Of a stretch of 64,000 bases of DNA, positions 24,080 through 36,350 are shown piece after piece. The number at the start of each line of letters is the position of its first letter. Position 1 is the first letter of the stretch. The notes beneath the pieces are model-generated. The model saw nothing but the letters and a program-made list of their open reading frames with translations, was not told where the DNA came from and did not search any database. Source of the DNA: Azolla caroliniana (Eukaryota > Plantae > Polypodiophyta); assembly GCA_043228905.1 (NCBI GenBank), contig JBHGNT010000007.1, positions 10,974,001-11,038,000 of the forward strand, in the 5' to 3' direction. Position numbers and translations under genes: made by a program.

Positions 24080-26808
24080 TTAGATCTCGTCCTCATCACA
24101 ATCACCATCTTCATCATCAGATTCAGTGTTAGTTGATGACATCAACATAGGTTCTTCATCAATAAGATCATCATAATTTGTATGAATTGCTTCTTCTATT
24201 CCATTGACATTATCTTGATCATTTGGTGGTAAAGAAGCAAATGTACTTGATCTTGTTATTCTCCTATTACAAGAAGACTGCTCATCATCTCTTCTTGGCC
24301 TCTGCCTCCGTATTCGATCAATATGGACTCCATCGCTTGATGTTGTCGTATGTGATCTTGTCATGCTCCTTGTCCTTCTTCTCATGCTCATTGTTTCTTG
24401 AAAATAAGTTTCATAGAATTCTCTATCCATATCATTCTCGTGGCTAATAGATGGAATATCAGGAGTCTTAGAGACATCTATCTCATTTGGATTCACCTGC
24501 AAACAAGTTTATAAAAGCTTAACAAAATTTGAGGAATGTAAATTATAAGAAGTGAATAAAACAATACCTGCATTGGAGATGCATTCACAGTCTCAAACTT
24601 GCGAACTAGCCTTAAGTTCTCTCGCACATATACCAATCGTTCAAGTTGTGCTACCTTTAGTCTGTTTCTATTTTTTGTATGTGCGAGAGCATGTGCATTC
24701 CAATTCCTTTCTGCTGCCCCAGAAGAGCAATCCTAATAGAAAACAAAATATGAAATAAAAGGTAGTACACAAAAGTGCAGTATTTTAGAACTTAACTATA
24801 AAATTGATCATTTTTTCAAAACTTGACACTTACTTGGGATAATATGCGGACAGCTAATGCTTGGAGCTTTGGAGTTCTTCCACCAAAATTTTCCCACCAT
24901 GTGACTGGCGTCATCATAGATATCTCTTCACGTGCTAATGCATAGCTAAATGTCCCTGTACCATTTCGATATTCATGCAATTCACGAAATAAGATATCAC
25001 ATTCAAGTGTCGAGTACAATTTTTCTGTATAGCTCATCCATGCATCCATTAACTTGGGGTTAATAAATGTAGCCTCCTCTCTCCACATCGGATGCAGCAA
25101 ATGAGCTACAAGGTGGATCGGCCTCTTGAACCATTTCCATCGTATGTCAAATAACTTCAAAACATCTTCATACCTAAAAGGGTATTAGTAATTACAAAAT
25201 GATCTGATCTTAAAACATGAGAAAACATTTGGAGGTTTAATGCTAGGAAACCATAAAAAATTAAAATAAATATGAAATTTACTTGGATTTGTGGGGGATG
25301 TTTTCTTCCACTCCTTTTGCTAAAACATCTTTGCTTCTTCGCATAAACTCATATAACAAACCAATAGTGGATCCCTCCCTATCAGTAAGTCGTAAAACAC
25401 TATACAATGGTGCCATTAGGGTCAAAACAACTTGAAACGAGGACTCAGTTGTAGGATCAAGGATGTAGTTCTTTACATTCATGGCATCTGGCTTATTGCA
25501 ATCTGACCAAGACCTCCACATGTCACTAACCACTGTTTGCTCAAGAGGATACCAAACTTTGAGCAAACGTTGTATGACAAGGTACATCACACCAAACCTT
25601 GTCTTAGAAGGTCTCAAGATGGCGAGGTTACTGTGAGCAGAAAAAAATTTCCTAACATTCCTCTTCTTGCAAAAAAAACGTACGATATTATTTTCTTTCA
25701 ACATAATACTTTTCATCCAAGGCAGCTGACCAATGTCCTCCAAAAGTAGATCTAAAGAATGGGTTGCACATGGAGTCCAAACAATATTAGGGAACTCTGA
25801 TTCTAGCAAAGACCCCATGCGGACACAACTAGATGCATTGTCTGAAATGACTTGGACCACATTTTCCTTACCAACTTCTCTAATTGCCTCTGAAATTCTT
25901 TCAGCTAACCAAGAGCTATCAACTGTTGGTGTTGTATTAGCATGACTACAATCAATGGACTTGAGGAACATTGTCCCATAACAAGATGATACGAGGACAT
26001 TTACAAGTTGCCTATGAGAAACATCAACCCATCCATCTGTTAATATAGAACAACCATACTTGGGCCATAATCCTTTTACCCTTTCTAACTTTGCTTGCAA
26101 GGATATAACCTCATTTTTCAAGCCTTTCGTCCTCATGTAATTATATGTGACTCCATTATGTTTCTCTCCAATTGTAGAGAAAGCTTCTAACATGTTCCGC
26201 CAACATGGTGTTTTTAATAGATTAAATGACAAATTTGCTTCAATGATACATCTCACCTCCATAACGTTTGCATGTTGTGTCCTTTGCATTTGTAACACAT
26301 GTCCTTTACGCAACGGTTGTTGTTTCACTATAATTGCTGGTGGATATGGTTGGCGACTACCACCACCCATACATGACATGCTTTGACTTTCATCAACAAA
26401 GGTAGACGAGCATGAGGTAGAAACACCTAAAAGAAAAAAAAATTCAAGATAAATAATTTACAATTATTTAAACATTAGTAATCAAGACACCTATTGTAGC
26501 CTTGTGTCTATACCTTGTTCAGGCATGTTGAATGAGTCGATCTCTGCTACTATATCTTCTTCTTCGCCAATTGCTTGGCTTCCACAATTACCATACAAAG
26601 TTGTAAGGTCAATCAACATTTCCTTGGGGACATTGGTACATTTCGTTACTCCATGGCTAGGTTTTCCAATTAAATGAGCAATCATTCGTGTTGCTGACCC
26701 ATGCATATGTTTGTTGCAAAATTTACAGTTCCAACTCCTATTTCCTGTTTGACTTCTTACGACATTGAGGCAACATGTATCCCAATATTTGTTCTTAATG
26801 GGCGGCAT
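24080..26808 (-). CDS. Multi-exon hAT transposase (BED zinc finger, DUF659-type core, dimerisation domain); possibly disrupted
   Basis: WNCKFC...RMIAHL..C; GCSILTDGW; VVQVISDNAS; WTPCATHSLDLLLEDIG; WWENFGGRTPKLQALAVRILSQ; short AT-rich GT-AG introns. Confidence 0.88.
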
Positions 26809-27177
26809 TTTCCTTCTTTATTTTCTACAAATCAATAAAATTGAGATATTGAAAATGGAAAATAATGCACAAAAAGAGGAGCAAGATTATATGAATGCAT
26901 TAAAGCAAATCGAAGAACTGAAAACTTTGAATAGATCAACCTTCAGGGAGGATGAGGATTATACTACTTTAAATAAGCAATTACAGGATACTCAAGAGTA
27001 TCTTTTATTCATAGAAAGCAAATACAAGAAAATGTCACAATTAAGGACATGTATAAAAACAGAAAATTCAACTCTTTTGGAAGCTAAAAAGGAAGCAAAA
27101 ATTACCATAACTTAACTAAAGAGCCTTAATGCTTAACGTAATAACAACATGCATAAAAGCCAAAAAATTCAACAAGT

Positions 27178-27660
27178 TTGGAAGCCAAAAGGGAAGTAGA
27201 ATTTGGTCAAGAAATCCATCTTGAAGATGTACAGAAAGGGTTCGATGAAGATCTATTTATTCATAGTGTTTTGCTAGATATGTATGTCAAATGTGGATCT
27301 ATAGTGGAAGTGCAAAATGTTTTCAACCGAATGTCCAACCGAGATGTGGTATTATGGACAACATTGATTGCATGATATGCTAAGCATGGACCCATTGAGG
27401 ATGCACTGAAAAGCTTTGAAAAGATACAAGATGAGGGGATACTTATTACTACCAAACACTTTCACCTTTTCTTGTGTCTTAAAGGAATGCTCTCATTGGA
27501 GGCTTTGTTGAGTATAGAACTACTGAGAAAGCATTAGATTCTTTCGATAAAATGCAAGTTGATGGAAGCTTTCCAGATGCATATACATTGCCCATGTCCT
27601 AAAAGTGTGCGGTTTATTAGGGCCTACAGATAAAGGACAATCCATGTATATGGAGGCTGT
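27178..27660 (+). pseudogene. PLS-class PPR gene fragment inside the hAT
   Basis: LLDMYVKCGSIVEVQNVFNRMSNRDVVLWTTLIA*YAKHG..EDALKSFEKIQDEG...FSCVLKEC. Confidence 0.85.
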
Positions 27661-28313
27661 ATTGAAAGGGTTCTAGCAAGTGCACATTTATTCATACCCA
27701 TCACATTCAAAAGCAGACAACCAAAACCATGATATTCCAAAAAATGAGTAGTTGTTAACAAAAATAAATATGCATTGCAAATGATAAAAAATGGGACATC
27801 ATTAAAAAAGGACCAAGCACTTTTCCCATGACACGAAATTGAGATCTTCAATGTTTCTGGAAACCAATGTCATTTATAGTAACATGGAAAGTAAATTAGA
27901 ATGATCAATTTCTGAAATGAATTCAAATGGGATACAACCACTAAAATCAATAAGCAAAGGATTAGCTAATGCTACAAATTGTGAAAGATTTTGAACACAT
28001 TGTCTACATGTATACATACATGTTTGAGTTTCAACACATGGTTCCTATAATATTTGATCTCAACACTTGCAAAGAGGAGAGTTTTATTGCATGACGTCAA
28101 TTACAATTGTCTACCAATTTGTTACTTGTATAGATGCATTATTGTGGAATAGATAGATTGCTGGACACAAGCATACGTAAACTAGATTAACTAAAAATTA
28201 AATCTCCCTTGTCATTTGGTATTATCATACAACTTGACATTGGAATACAACAAAATGGGAGGTATACTTAATCATAAAAAATAAAAGAAAGAAACATATT
28301 CACTAACCTGATT

Positions 28314-28530
28314 TTATTTTCTTCTTGTTGTTGTTGTTGTTCTTCTTGTTCTTCTTGTTCTTCTTGTTCTTCTTCTTGTTCTTCTTGTTGTTGTTCTTCT
28401 TCTTGTGCTTCTTCTTCTTCTTCTTCTTCTTCTTCTTCTTCTAGTGCTTCTTCTTCTTCTTCTTCTTCTTCTTCTTCTTCTTCTGCTTTTTCTGTTTCTT
28501 CTTCTTTTTCTTTTTCTTCTTCTTCTTCTT
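28314..28530. repeat. (CTT)n/(GTT)n microsatellite
   Basis: Direct reading of the sequence. Confidence 0.95.
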
Positions 28531-28940
28531 CTAAGTCTATTCTGTCCGTCTTTCTTCCTTCCTTCTATTTTACTAAAGTTGTTCTTTTCTTTTGCTTTCT
28601 TTAGGGCTTTACTCACATTTTCTATAAATACGTACTATACGTATTTTTTTAAATGTACGTTAAATACCGTATTAGACGAATGTATATGACATTTGAATGA
28701 ACAACTTTGACGTATGGTACGTACTATAAAAATAAGAAGGTATTATACGTATTGATACGTTAAATACGCGTACGTAAACAACGTTGATACGGACTAAAGC
28801 AAGCTCCCCGGCAATGGTACCAGAAGTTCGACTCCTTCATGACCGACCAAGGGTACCACAAGACGTAGGCCGATCACTGCGTGTTTGTGAAGAAATTTGA
28901 CGGAGGAGACTTCCTGATACTCCTCCTATATGTGGATGAT

Positions 28941-29495
28941 ATCTTTGCTTCTTCGAAGCTTTCCGACTCCCCCTCATCAATTAGCAACACATGCCCTGCA
29001 TTCGGAAATCTCCAGGGGGCTCTCATCTCTCTTTGACGGTATCTACAACCTTGGTTTTCGGCAACTGGTTCTACCGTCTGTTCTTCATCCGAATCCATTT
29101 CCGAGGTCTTCACCGGTTCCGGTGTGTGCTTCTTCTTCTGCTGGTTCGGTTTCTTCTCCAAAACCGGCTAGTTCTTCAAGGGTCATCTGGCTTCCGGGCG
29201 GATGGGTACTCAGCTCCTTCAGCTAATCTTTGCCTGTCGACTCGGAATTCATTTTCTTTTCCTCCGACTCCCAGTCAGCAATGGTCTTATCCTCCATGAA
29301 GATACTGTCCCGACTCCGGAACACCTTCTGGTCGACCAGATCCCACACCTAGTAACCAAACTCATCATCGTCGTATCCAAGGAATATGCATGGTTGGGAC
29401 TTTGGATCCAACTTTGCTCTCTTGTCCTTCGCAACATGCACATAAGAGAGACACCCAAACACCTTTAGATGCCGGTAAGATACATCTTTACCGAT
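28941..29495 (-). mobile_element. Inverted Tnt1-like copia INT-RT spacer fragment
   Basis: Reverse complement of the sequence type at 22330-22830 (HVLLIDEGESESFEEAK). Confidence 0.85.
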
Positions 29496-29496
29496 C

Positions 29497-29655
29497 CACG
29501 GCTCCTCGAGAAGTACGAGCTCGATGACACGCTTCGGTTATCGAAGCAAGACTTCATGGAGTGGGTGGAGACCCCCGGAAAAGGGAGGAACGCGTCAGCG
29601 CTCCTCCAGGAGTTTGAGGAACGCTTCGCACGGCTCTCGGCACTGGACAAGACCC
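29497..29655 (+). mobile_element. Short gypsy-1-family gag fragment
   Basis: LLEKYELDDTLRLSKQDFMEWVETPGKGRNAS homologous to 3310-3470. Confidence 0.85.
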
Positions 29656-30387
29656 TACAATACTCGGCTCGCTCCTTGCTCCCATACCGGGAAGTCCTCG
29701 TGTGCCGGCTCAGGCGCTACCTCGTTCATTCCTTCCACGAAGCTCCAATATCCATGCCCCAGCAGGTAGTAGTGCATCTTGTATGACCAGGACGCGTAGT
29801 GGCTCCAGTCGAGCTTCTCTGTTGGAAGTGAACTCGCCATTCCTCTGTCCATATCTTCTATCTATCTGTTGTTACCGAGTTCTAGGGTTTGTCTACGAAA
29901 GCAAGTGTCAGTTGTAGAGGTTCTTAACCCTCGCGCTTTGATACCATGTGAATGTTAACGTGCGGAAGCGTTAGACAGAAGCGGCTTAGTCGGATAGCAA
30001 CAGAGAATAAGAGGTTTAATGGAGAAGCTTAATACATAGAGAGTATACGCGGGAGAGACAGAGAGAGCAGAACATAAACTCAATTCAAAATAACTCTAAA
30101 GCTCTGTACCTACAATGTGCTATAATAAAACTATTTATACAAAGTCCATAAAGGACTGACAGGTACTTCAATGCTCATACGAACGACTGACACTAACTAC
30201 GAGACAATGATTACCTAGTAGTCTAGGCTACTACTAGGCTTCTAGTTCCCGCTCGAACCCGTCTCCCCGATCCGGCCAGTTGTTTCCAGATACCATCTGG
30301 ATACTGATCCGGCTCATCGTCCCGGATGTCGATCTGACTCAAGTTTATTCAGGCGATCCGGATCCGATTGAGCTCGCTCTCACAACA
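29656..30387 (-). mobile_element. 5' end of a second copia family (LTR 29947-30387, Met PBS, gag start)
   Basis: TGTTG...CACA followed by TGGTATCAAAGCGC; MDRGMASSLPTEKL as at 38176. Confidence 0.88.
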
Positions 30388-31200
30388 TTACGGGTAACAC
30401 ATGGCATGCCTATGGGATAGTGCATTGCACGGTGAACCCACTCGCCATGACAACTCTTCTGAACCAGAACTCCATCGGTCGTCTCAACGGTCGGAAAATC
30501 CCTCGACCGTATCACTACTCTATGATCGATAACTTCGATCGGAGCTTTACTTGACTCAAACCTTCTTGTTCGGTCTGCAAAAGTCGCGATTGGATCATAC
30601 ACCAATCGCCTAGTTCACTGTGGCATGGTCATGAAATCGTGTTGTGAGTTTGTGTATTCTTTCTTTCATCATATGAGTTGTGTTTTCGAAATTTCATGAT
30701 TTGTACCCCTTGATTTTAGAAATTTTCGTTATTACCCTCAAATTTTTGAAATTTTAATGGATACCCTTCAGCTTGTGAAATTCTCCTCTCTGCTCCTCGT
30801 CTCTTTCTTATTTCTTTTCATCTTCGTACACTTTCTTCTTTGTCTTCTCTCTGGCTGACTTCGCGGCCGTCACTCTGCCCTTCTCTCAGTCGCGCGTATG
30901 GGCCGTACTCTCGGATGCGCATCTCGGACATACTCTCAGTCGCGCATCTCGACCATCCTCTCGGCCGTATTCTCAGCCACCCGTCTCGGTCGTGCTCTTG
31001 GTCACGCGTCTCGGCCGTGCTCCTCAGCCATATTCTCGTCCGCGCATCTCGGTCGTGGCTCTCGGCCACGTGTCTCGATCGCGCGTCTCCTCCGTATTCT
31101 CGTCTGCGCATCTCGGTCGTGGCTCTCGGCCGTGCGTCTCGGTCGTGCTCTCGATCGCGCCTCTCGGACGTCTCCATCACCGTCACCGGATGTCTCTATC
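30388..31200 (-). mobile_element. 3' end of a gypsy-2/X-family element: 12-bp LTR stub, tRNA-like motif (30402-30441), 3' UTR and GC-rich tandem repeats
   Basis: TTACGGGTAACA-CA-TGGCATGCCTATGGGA; 30400-30800 resembles 10283-10660; CTCGGCCGT/CGCGTCTCGGTCGT repeats at 30860-31170. Confidence 0.7.
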
Positions 31201-31434
31201 CAGGCGGCAGTCGCTCGGCCTACTGTAGCGGCTTCAACTCTTGCCACTAGGCTTCCCGGACTTCTTCTAAGAGAAATGGAACTTCGAATGTCTGCTAACA
31301 GTGCAAATGGTACTGAGCTTTAATAGTATGCACGCTGATGGAGAGAGCTGTGGCATTGTATTCTTCGATTAGTTTCAACCTTCTTCACTGTTGATGGTAA
31401 CGACTCAATCTTTTCTTTCTGCAAGTAGATTGCC

Positions 31435-31650
31435 TCTTCTTCCCATCCAAATACCCGTTCTTAGAATGCTCTTTGTGTAGAAGTCCTTTTGATTAGGAAC
31501 AAAATTCCGGCCCATTACACGAGCCTTCTAACTAGTACACATCTTTTCCAGAAAACAGAGGGCCAAAAGCAAAGAAAATGAACCCTTATCAGAGAAGGAA
31601 TCATTTTAGAGACATAGAGCCATAAGGGGACCATCAGGATCACAATAATT
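31435..31650 (-). pseudogene. EEF2: Elongation factor 2 gene fragment (frameshifted)
   Basis: Across frameshifts reads CDPDGPLM..YVSKMIP.SDKG.FFAFG.LFSGK..KARVMGRNFVPNQKDFYTKSILRTGIWMGR, matching recalled eEF2 [32 protein letters not shown]...RTVIWMGK. Confidence 0.8.
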
Positions 31651-31990
31651 TCTTCGACCCAATTTCCTTCTTCTCGTCTCTCAACAGAGTCTCATTCTTT
31701 CATCTTGATTTTCGAAGCCAGAAAGCTTCAACATCATATGTGTAGCCATAGCCATGGCCACCATGACTGTACCTAGAATCGTCATTCATAATCTGAGCTA
31801 CGGTTTTCTTCTTAACCCCAGAATCTTTAGTTGCAGGGCGAGCTATGGAGAGCTTTGATTCCTTCTTCGAATTAGCCGCAATGGCCAAACAGCTAGAAGC
31901 CTGATCTGCGTGATGATGAGGGGATGGATCTCAGACTGATGATCCTCTTGTGGTTCTTCAACATGCGTCTATTTCTATTATTCTGCACTT

Positions 31991-32110
31991 CGTGGTGGTG
32001 GGACTCTCCAACAGAGCATTCTGCCTCTGTTGCAACACTTCGATTACACATTCCATGTACACGATCTGACAGTCGTATGCAGGGAATGGGAAGCTGACCC
32101 TATACCCATG
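31991..32110 (-). pseudogene. RTEL1: RTEL1/FANCJ-type Fe-S helicase N-terminal fragment
   Basis: VSFPFPAYDCQIVYMECVIEVLQQRQNALLESPTTT: Q motif plus the start of Walker A (ALLESPTGTGK). Confidence 0.75.
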
Positions 32111-32779
32111 CATATTATCGATAAAGCATCTCTTCTCTCTCTTCCATCCCCTAACGATAGGACTTCTGGAAACGAGCACGAGCACCTCTACCACCGAACT
32201 GCTTGGGTTCACAACAACGAGTATCAGCCACAAGTAGTGTTCGATCATACCTGCCAAGGATATCACGGATCTCCTACTTTGACTGATCATCTACGTACTT
32301 CTAGTAGAAGGAAACAAAGGCCTTTGCGATGGCCTATCGGATGGCATAGATCTGAGAGGTATGGCCTCCTCCACAGACACAGATATGGGTATAGACACCA
32401 GTGAACCGATGGCGACCGAGGAGGACAAGTTTGATGAGCTCGATGGGGCCTCCGTTGGTGGCTCCAAATGTCCGACCAGGACATAACTTGTGGAGACTTT
32501 TGCGACAGAAAGCTATGGCCAGGATGAGGAGGAGAAGCTTGAAGCTTGGCCATGAGAGACAAGTAGGGAGTACATTACTTACCCACTTTCTCACCTTTGT
32601 ACACATGAACACAAATGTGCATGTGTTCATACACATACTCATCCTCATACACTCATTCATATTACACATACACATCAACCACATTATCGTGTTCCACCCC
32701 TTATGCCTCCCTGTATATTCTTACTTACGAGTAACAACCACCTGCCAATCCATCGAAACATGCAACAGTTCCACTTCAC

Positions 32780-35700
32780 CAGAGAGAACGCGCTCTCAGA
32801 CAAAATGATAGTGCACCTCGATGTGCTTAGTCTGGGTGTGAAAGACAGGGTTCTTTGCCAACTGGATGTTGCCGAGGTTGTTGCAATAGATCGTCAGCTG
32901 ATCAGACACCTCCATTCGTAGATCCTTCAGATGCCTCTTGAGCCATATGGCTTCGCATGTCGCGTCAGCCACTCCTCGGTGCTCGACAATGCTACTGTTA
33001 GCTGCTTCTTACTGCTCCAGGCGAACGCAACGCTTCCAAGTGAAAACACATATCCGGATGTGGACCTACGATCACCGACATTTTTGGCCCAATCGGCATC
33101 CATGTAGCCGACTAGTTGTATGGCTACACCGGTTCAATACAACCCCTTGTCCTTAGTGCCACTAACGTACCTCAGGATTTGGTGCGCATACTGAAGGTGC
33201 TCCATGGTCGGATGCACCATAAATTGACTAATCAATCCAATCAGATAAATGAGGTCCGACTGGGTGATGGTCAGATATATAAGGCTTCTGATTATTTGTC
33301 AGATTCACCTTTTCGGGTCGCATGTCGTGTCGGAGTCGAGGCGAAGGTTCACATTCCGGTTTAGAGGAGTCGAGACGGATTTGCATTCCGTCATACCGAA
33401 TTTGAAGAGCATACTAAACACATAATGGCATTGACTGATCAGTATGCCTTTCGAGGTGTGGATCACTTCGATCCCGAGGAAGTAATGAAGGCCTCCTAGA
33501 TCCTTCATCTCGAATGATGCTGCAAGTTGGGATTTGACGCGGCCGATTTTGTCCAGGCTGGCGTCGGCGATGACTAAATCATCAACATAAAGTAAAATAC
33601 TAACCGGCCCATTCCAACCTTGCCGGATGAAGAGCGAAGAGTCTGATTTCGACGAAGCAAACCCCATCTGACGCAATCTTTGCGTGATCTTCACGTTCTT
33701 GGCACGATGGGCTTGCTTAAGTCCATAGAGGGACGTCTTCAATCGGCACACTGTCGATGTATTCATTCTGGACTAAAAACTGGGGGGTTGGACCTTATAC
33801 ACCTGTTCCACAAGATCACCCTACAAGAACATGTTCCTTACATCCATCTGACGTAGATGCCACCCCTTCGCCGCTGCCACTGCAAGAAAGACACGGATGG
33901 TCGTCATCTTTGCGACCGGTGTGAACGTCTCATTGTAATCAATGTCGTGTTGTTGCGCGTAGCCCTTGGCCACTAACTGGGCCTTGAACCGGTTGACAAG
34001 GTCGTCAGTGTTGTATTTGACCTTGTATACCCATCGGCAACCCATCGACTTCACTCCTTTCGGTAAGTCCACTAAATCCCACGTCTCATTTTCCGTGAGT
34101 GCGTGCATCTCTTCCCTCATAACGGCACGCCAATTTGCATCCTTTGTCACTTCTGCGTAGCTCTTCGGCTCGCGCACTTCTGCATAGCTCTTCGGCTCGC
34201 GCACTTCCGCCACTTTTGTTATGTATACACACTGATGCACCATGTACTCGTTGTACCCGTACCTGTTCACAAGGTTTTTCTGGCGGTTGATCGGCGTAAC
34301 CTCTCATTAGCCGGTTTCAAGGACCTCTTGGTCGTCTCAGACTTTGTCTTTCAAGATGCGTCTTCGTTCTTTCCAGAGTCAGATTCACTCCGATTCAACT
34401 CATCTCTGCTGATGTCATACTTTGGCATCTTCTTCTTCCTCTTCTTTTTGCACGTGAACTGTCTCCTTGGTTCCTTGTGCGGGAAGAGTACGGCCGAGTC
34501 TCCACTACTCTACTCACTGGCTCTTCATCTAACCGGTCATTCTGACTCAGTCGCTCATTTGGCCCACTTAGCTGGAATGAGATCGGACTCTGATCTAGAG
34601 TACCAAATTCTTCTTCATCTTTTGCCTGATCATTACGGGCTCTTTGGCCTCATCCTCCGGAATCGGGTCGGAGTCGGACATTGGAGTCGGGAGAGATCCA
34701 TGTAATCCACATGTGCCAGCTGTAGTCATAGATTAAGGAGACGAAATATTGGCTCCCGCCAAGACTAACGTTCTGTGTCGGTCCCCATACATCCGAATGT
34801 ATTAGATCGAGTTTGTTACGACTCTGGTTTCTTTCGCTGGGGAATGGAAGTCGGTGTTGCTTCCCAAGCTGGCATGCTTCACAAATTTGGGACTTTCGGC
34901 CACTAAATTTTGGCAATTCGAAAACAACCTATTTCGATTGCAGGTCTTGAAGCCTCTAATAGTTGACGTGGCTGATCTGCTTGTGCCACAACTTGATATT
35001 CGATTCGGCCTTCTTTACTTTTGTGAACATAGCGATGCCGACGTCGTTGGTGTCGAGGATGAACATCCTCTCGTCCCGGTGCCCATGCGCGATGATCCGT
35101 CCCTCTTCCTCAATGAAGCACCTGAGGTGCGTAAACCGCACATACATCCCCTAGTTGACGATCTACTCAACCGACACCAGGTTCTTTGTGATTGTCGGGA
35201 CGTGAAGCATTTCATAAGCTTCCCTTTTTGTCCGACATGCACGATCGGGTAAAGAGTGTCGTCTTCGGTTTTGACAACTGTTGGTTGCTCCGGCTTTTCC
35301 AAAAACGAGAACCACTCTTCATGGCTTGTCATGTGGTTTGATGCTCTGGAGTCAAGAACCACACTTCCTCCGATTCAGAGTCAACGTACCACACTTCCTC
35401 AGATCCGGAAGTGGTCTTCTTCATCGAGTTCGACTTGTGCTTCATCACAAAGGTTGGCCTTTTTCCAGTCTTACCGGTTCCAGATCCTTCCAATCCTTCT
35501 ACGTACTACGAGCTTTGTCAGTTCCCTCGCCGTATCCGGATTTATCCGAATCGGCACACTTCTTCCAACACTCGCTTTCCCGGTGTCCTTTCTTGCCACA
35601 GTACAAGCATTCTGTGTCAGTTTCCCCTTTCCAGTTTTTGGCACCGCTTTGACTTCCCTTGCTTGTGGAGGATTCGAAACTTCTGTCGGCAGTATCTCTA

Positions 35701-36350
35701 TGCCTTCGGTTTTGTTCTTGCCGACCCACCTCGTCCTCCACACCCATAGGGACGATCCGCCTCTGTGTACAACATCTCCATGTCCGATTGAGTGGTCCTT
35801 GACCCACTCGTGTGGTTTTCTTCAACCATCAGCATAGATTGCAGGTCCAAGAAGGACGGTGGTTTCTCCCGGGTGCAAATCGCTATACGGATTGGCCCGT
35901 ACCATTGTGCTAGACCACTGAGGCAGATCTGGACCATCTTGTCCTCCTCCACCGTCACGTTGATGGAACTGAGCATGCTGTAGATCTCCTTGATCTTCGT
36001 GTTGTAGTCGGTGACTGACATGTCCCAATGCCAGATATTGTTGAGCTCTTGCCGAACCTGCAACTTCCGAGTCGTGGTACTTGCGGAGCAAATCTTCCAG
36101 AGATTTTCCCAGACCACCTTCGATGACTTTGGGTCTTTGATGTAGCCTAGCATCTGGTCGTGCACACAGGACGTGAGGCAATATAGCACTCTGCTCACTC
36201 CTTGCTCCCATGTCGGGAAGTCCTTGTGTGCCGAATCCAACATTGCTACATTTGCTCCTTCCACGTAGCTCCAGTATCCATGCCTCGGCAGGTACTGGTG
36301 CATTTTATACAACCATTTATGTTGGAAGCGAGCTCGCCATGCTTCTATCC
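32780..36350 (-). mobile_element. Decayed, internally deleted copia (same family as 37636-43418), no LTRs
   Basis: gag, VLDSRASNHM, LIHSDVWGP, SLYGLKQA, LLYVDDL and RNase H motifs. Confidence 0.88.

Larger units (their letters stand above)
23267..28786 (-). mobile_element. hAT DNA transposon
   Basis: 8-bp TSD ATACGGAC (23259-23266 / 28787-28794); imperfect TIRs CATGGTTGTT/CAACGTTGTT; dense subterminal AATACG/TACGT motifs; transposase. Confidence 0.93.
600..28940 (+). mobile_element. Tnt1-like Ty1/copia host element (copia-B), split by three insertions and 3'-truncated
   Basis: Pieces rejoin across TSDs: gag-PR ~1160-2295, GAG-pre-integrase/INT 9364-9775, INT-RT 21499-23266, RT 28787-28940 (GLKQAPRQWY...LLYVDD). 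Confidence 0.9.

Noticed and set aside
28314-28689. Poly-Arg and poly-Leu ORFs
   Set aside because: Translations of a CTT microsatellite
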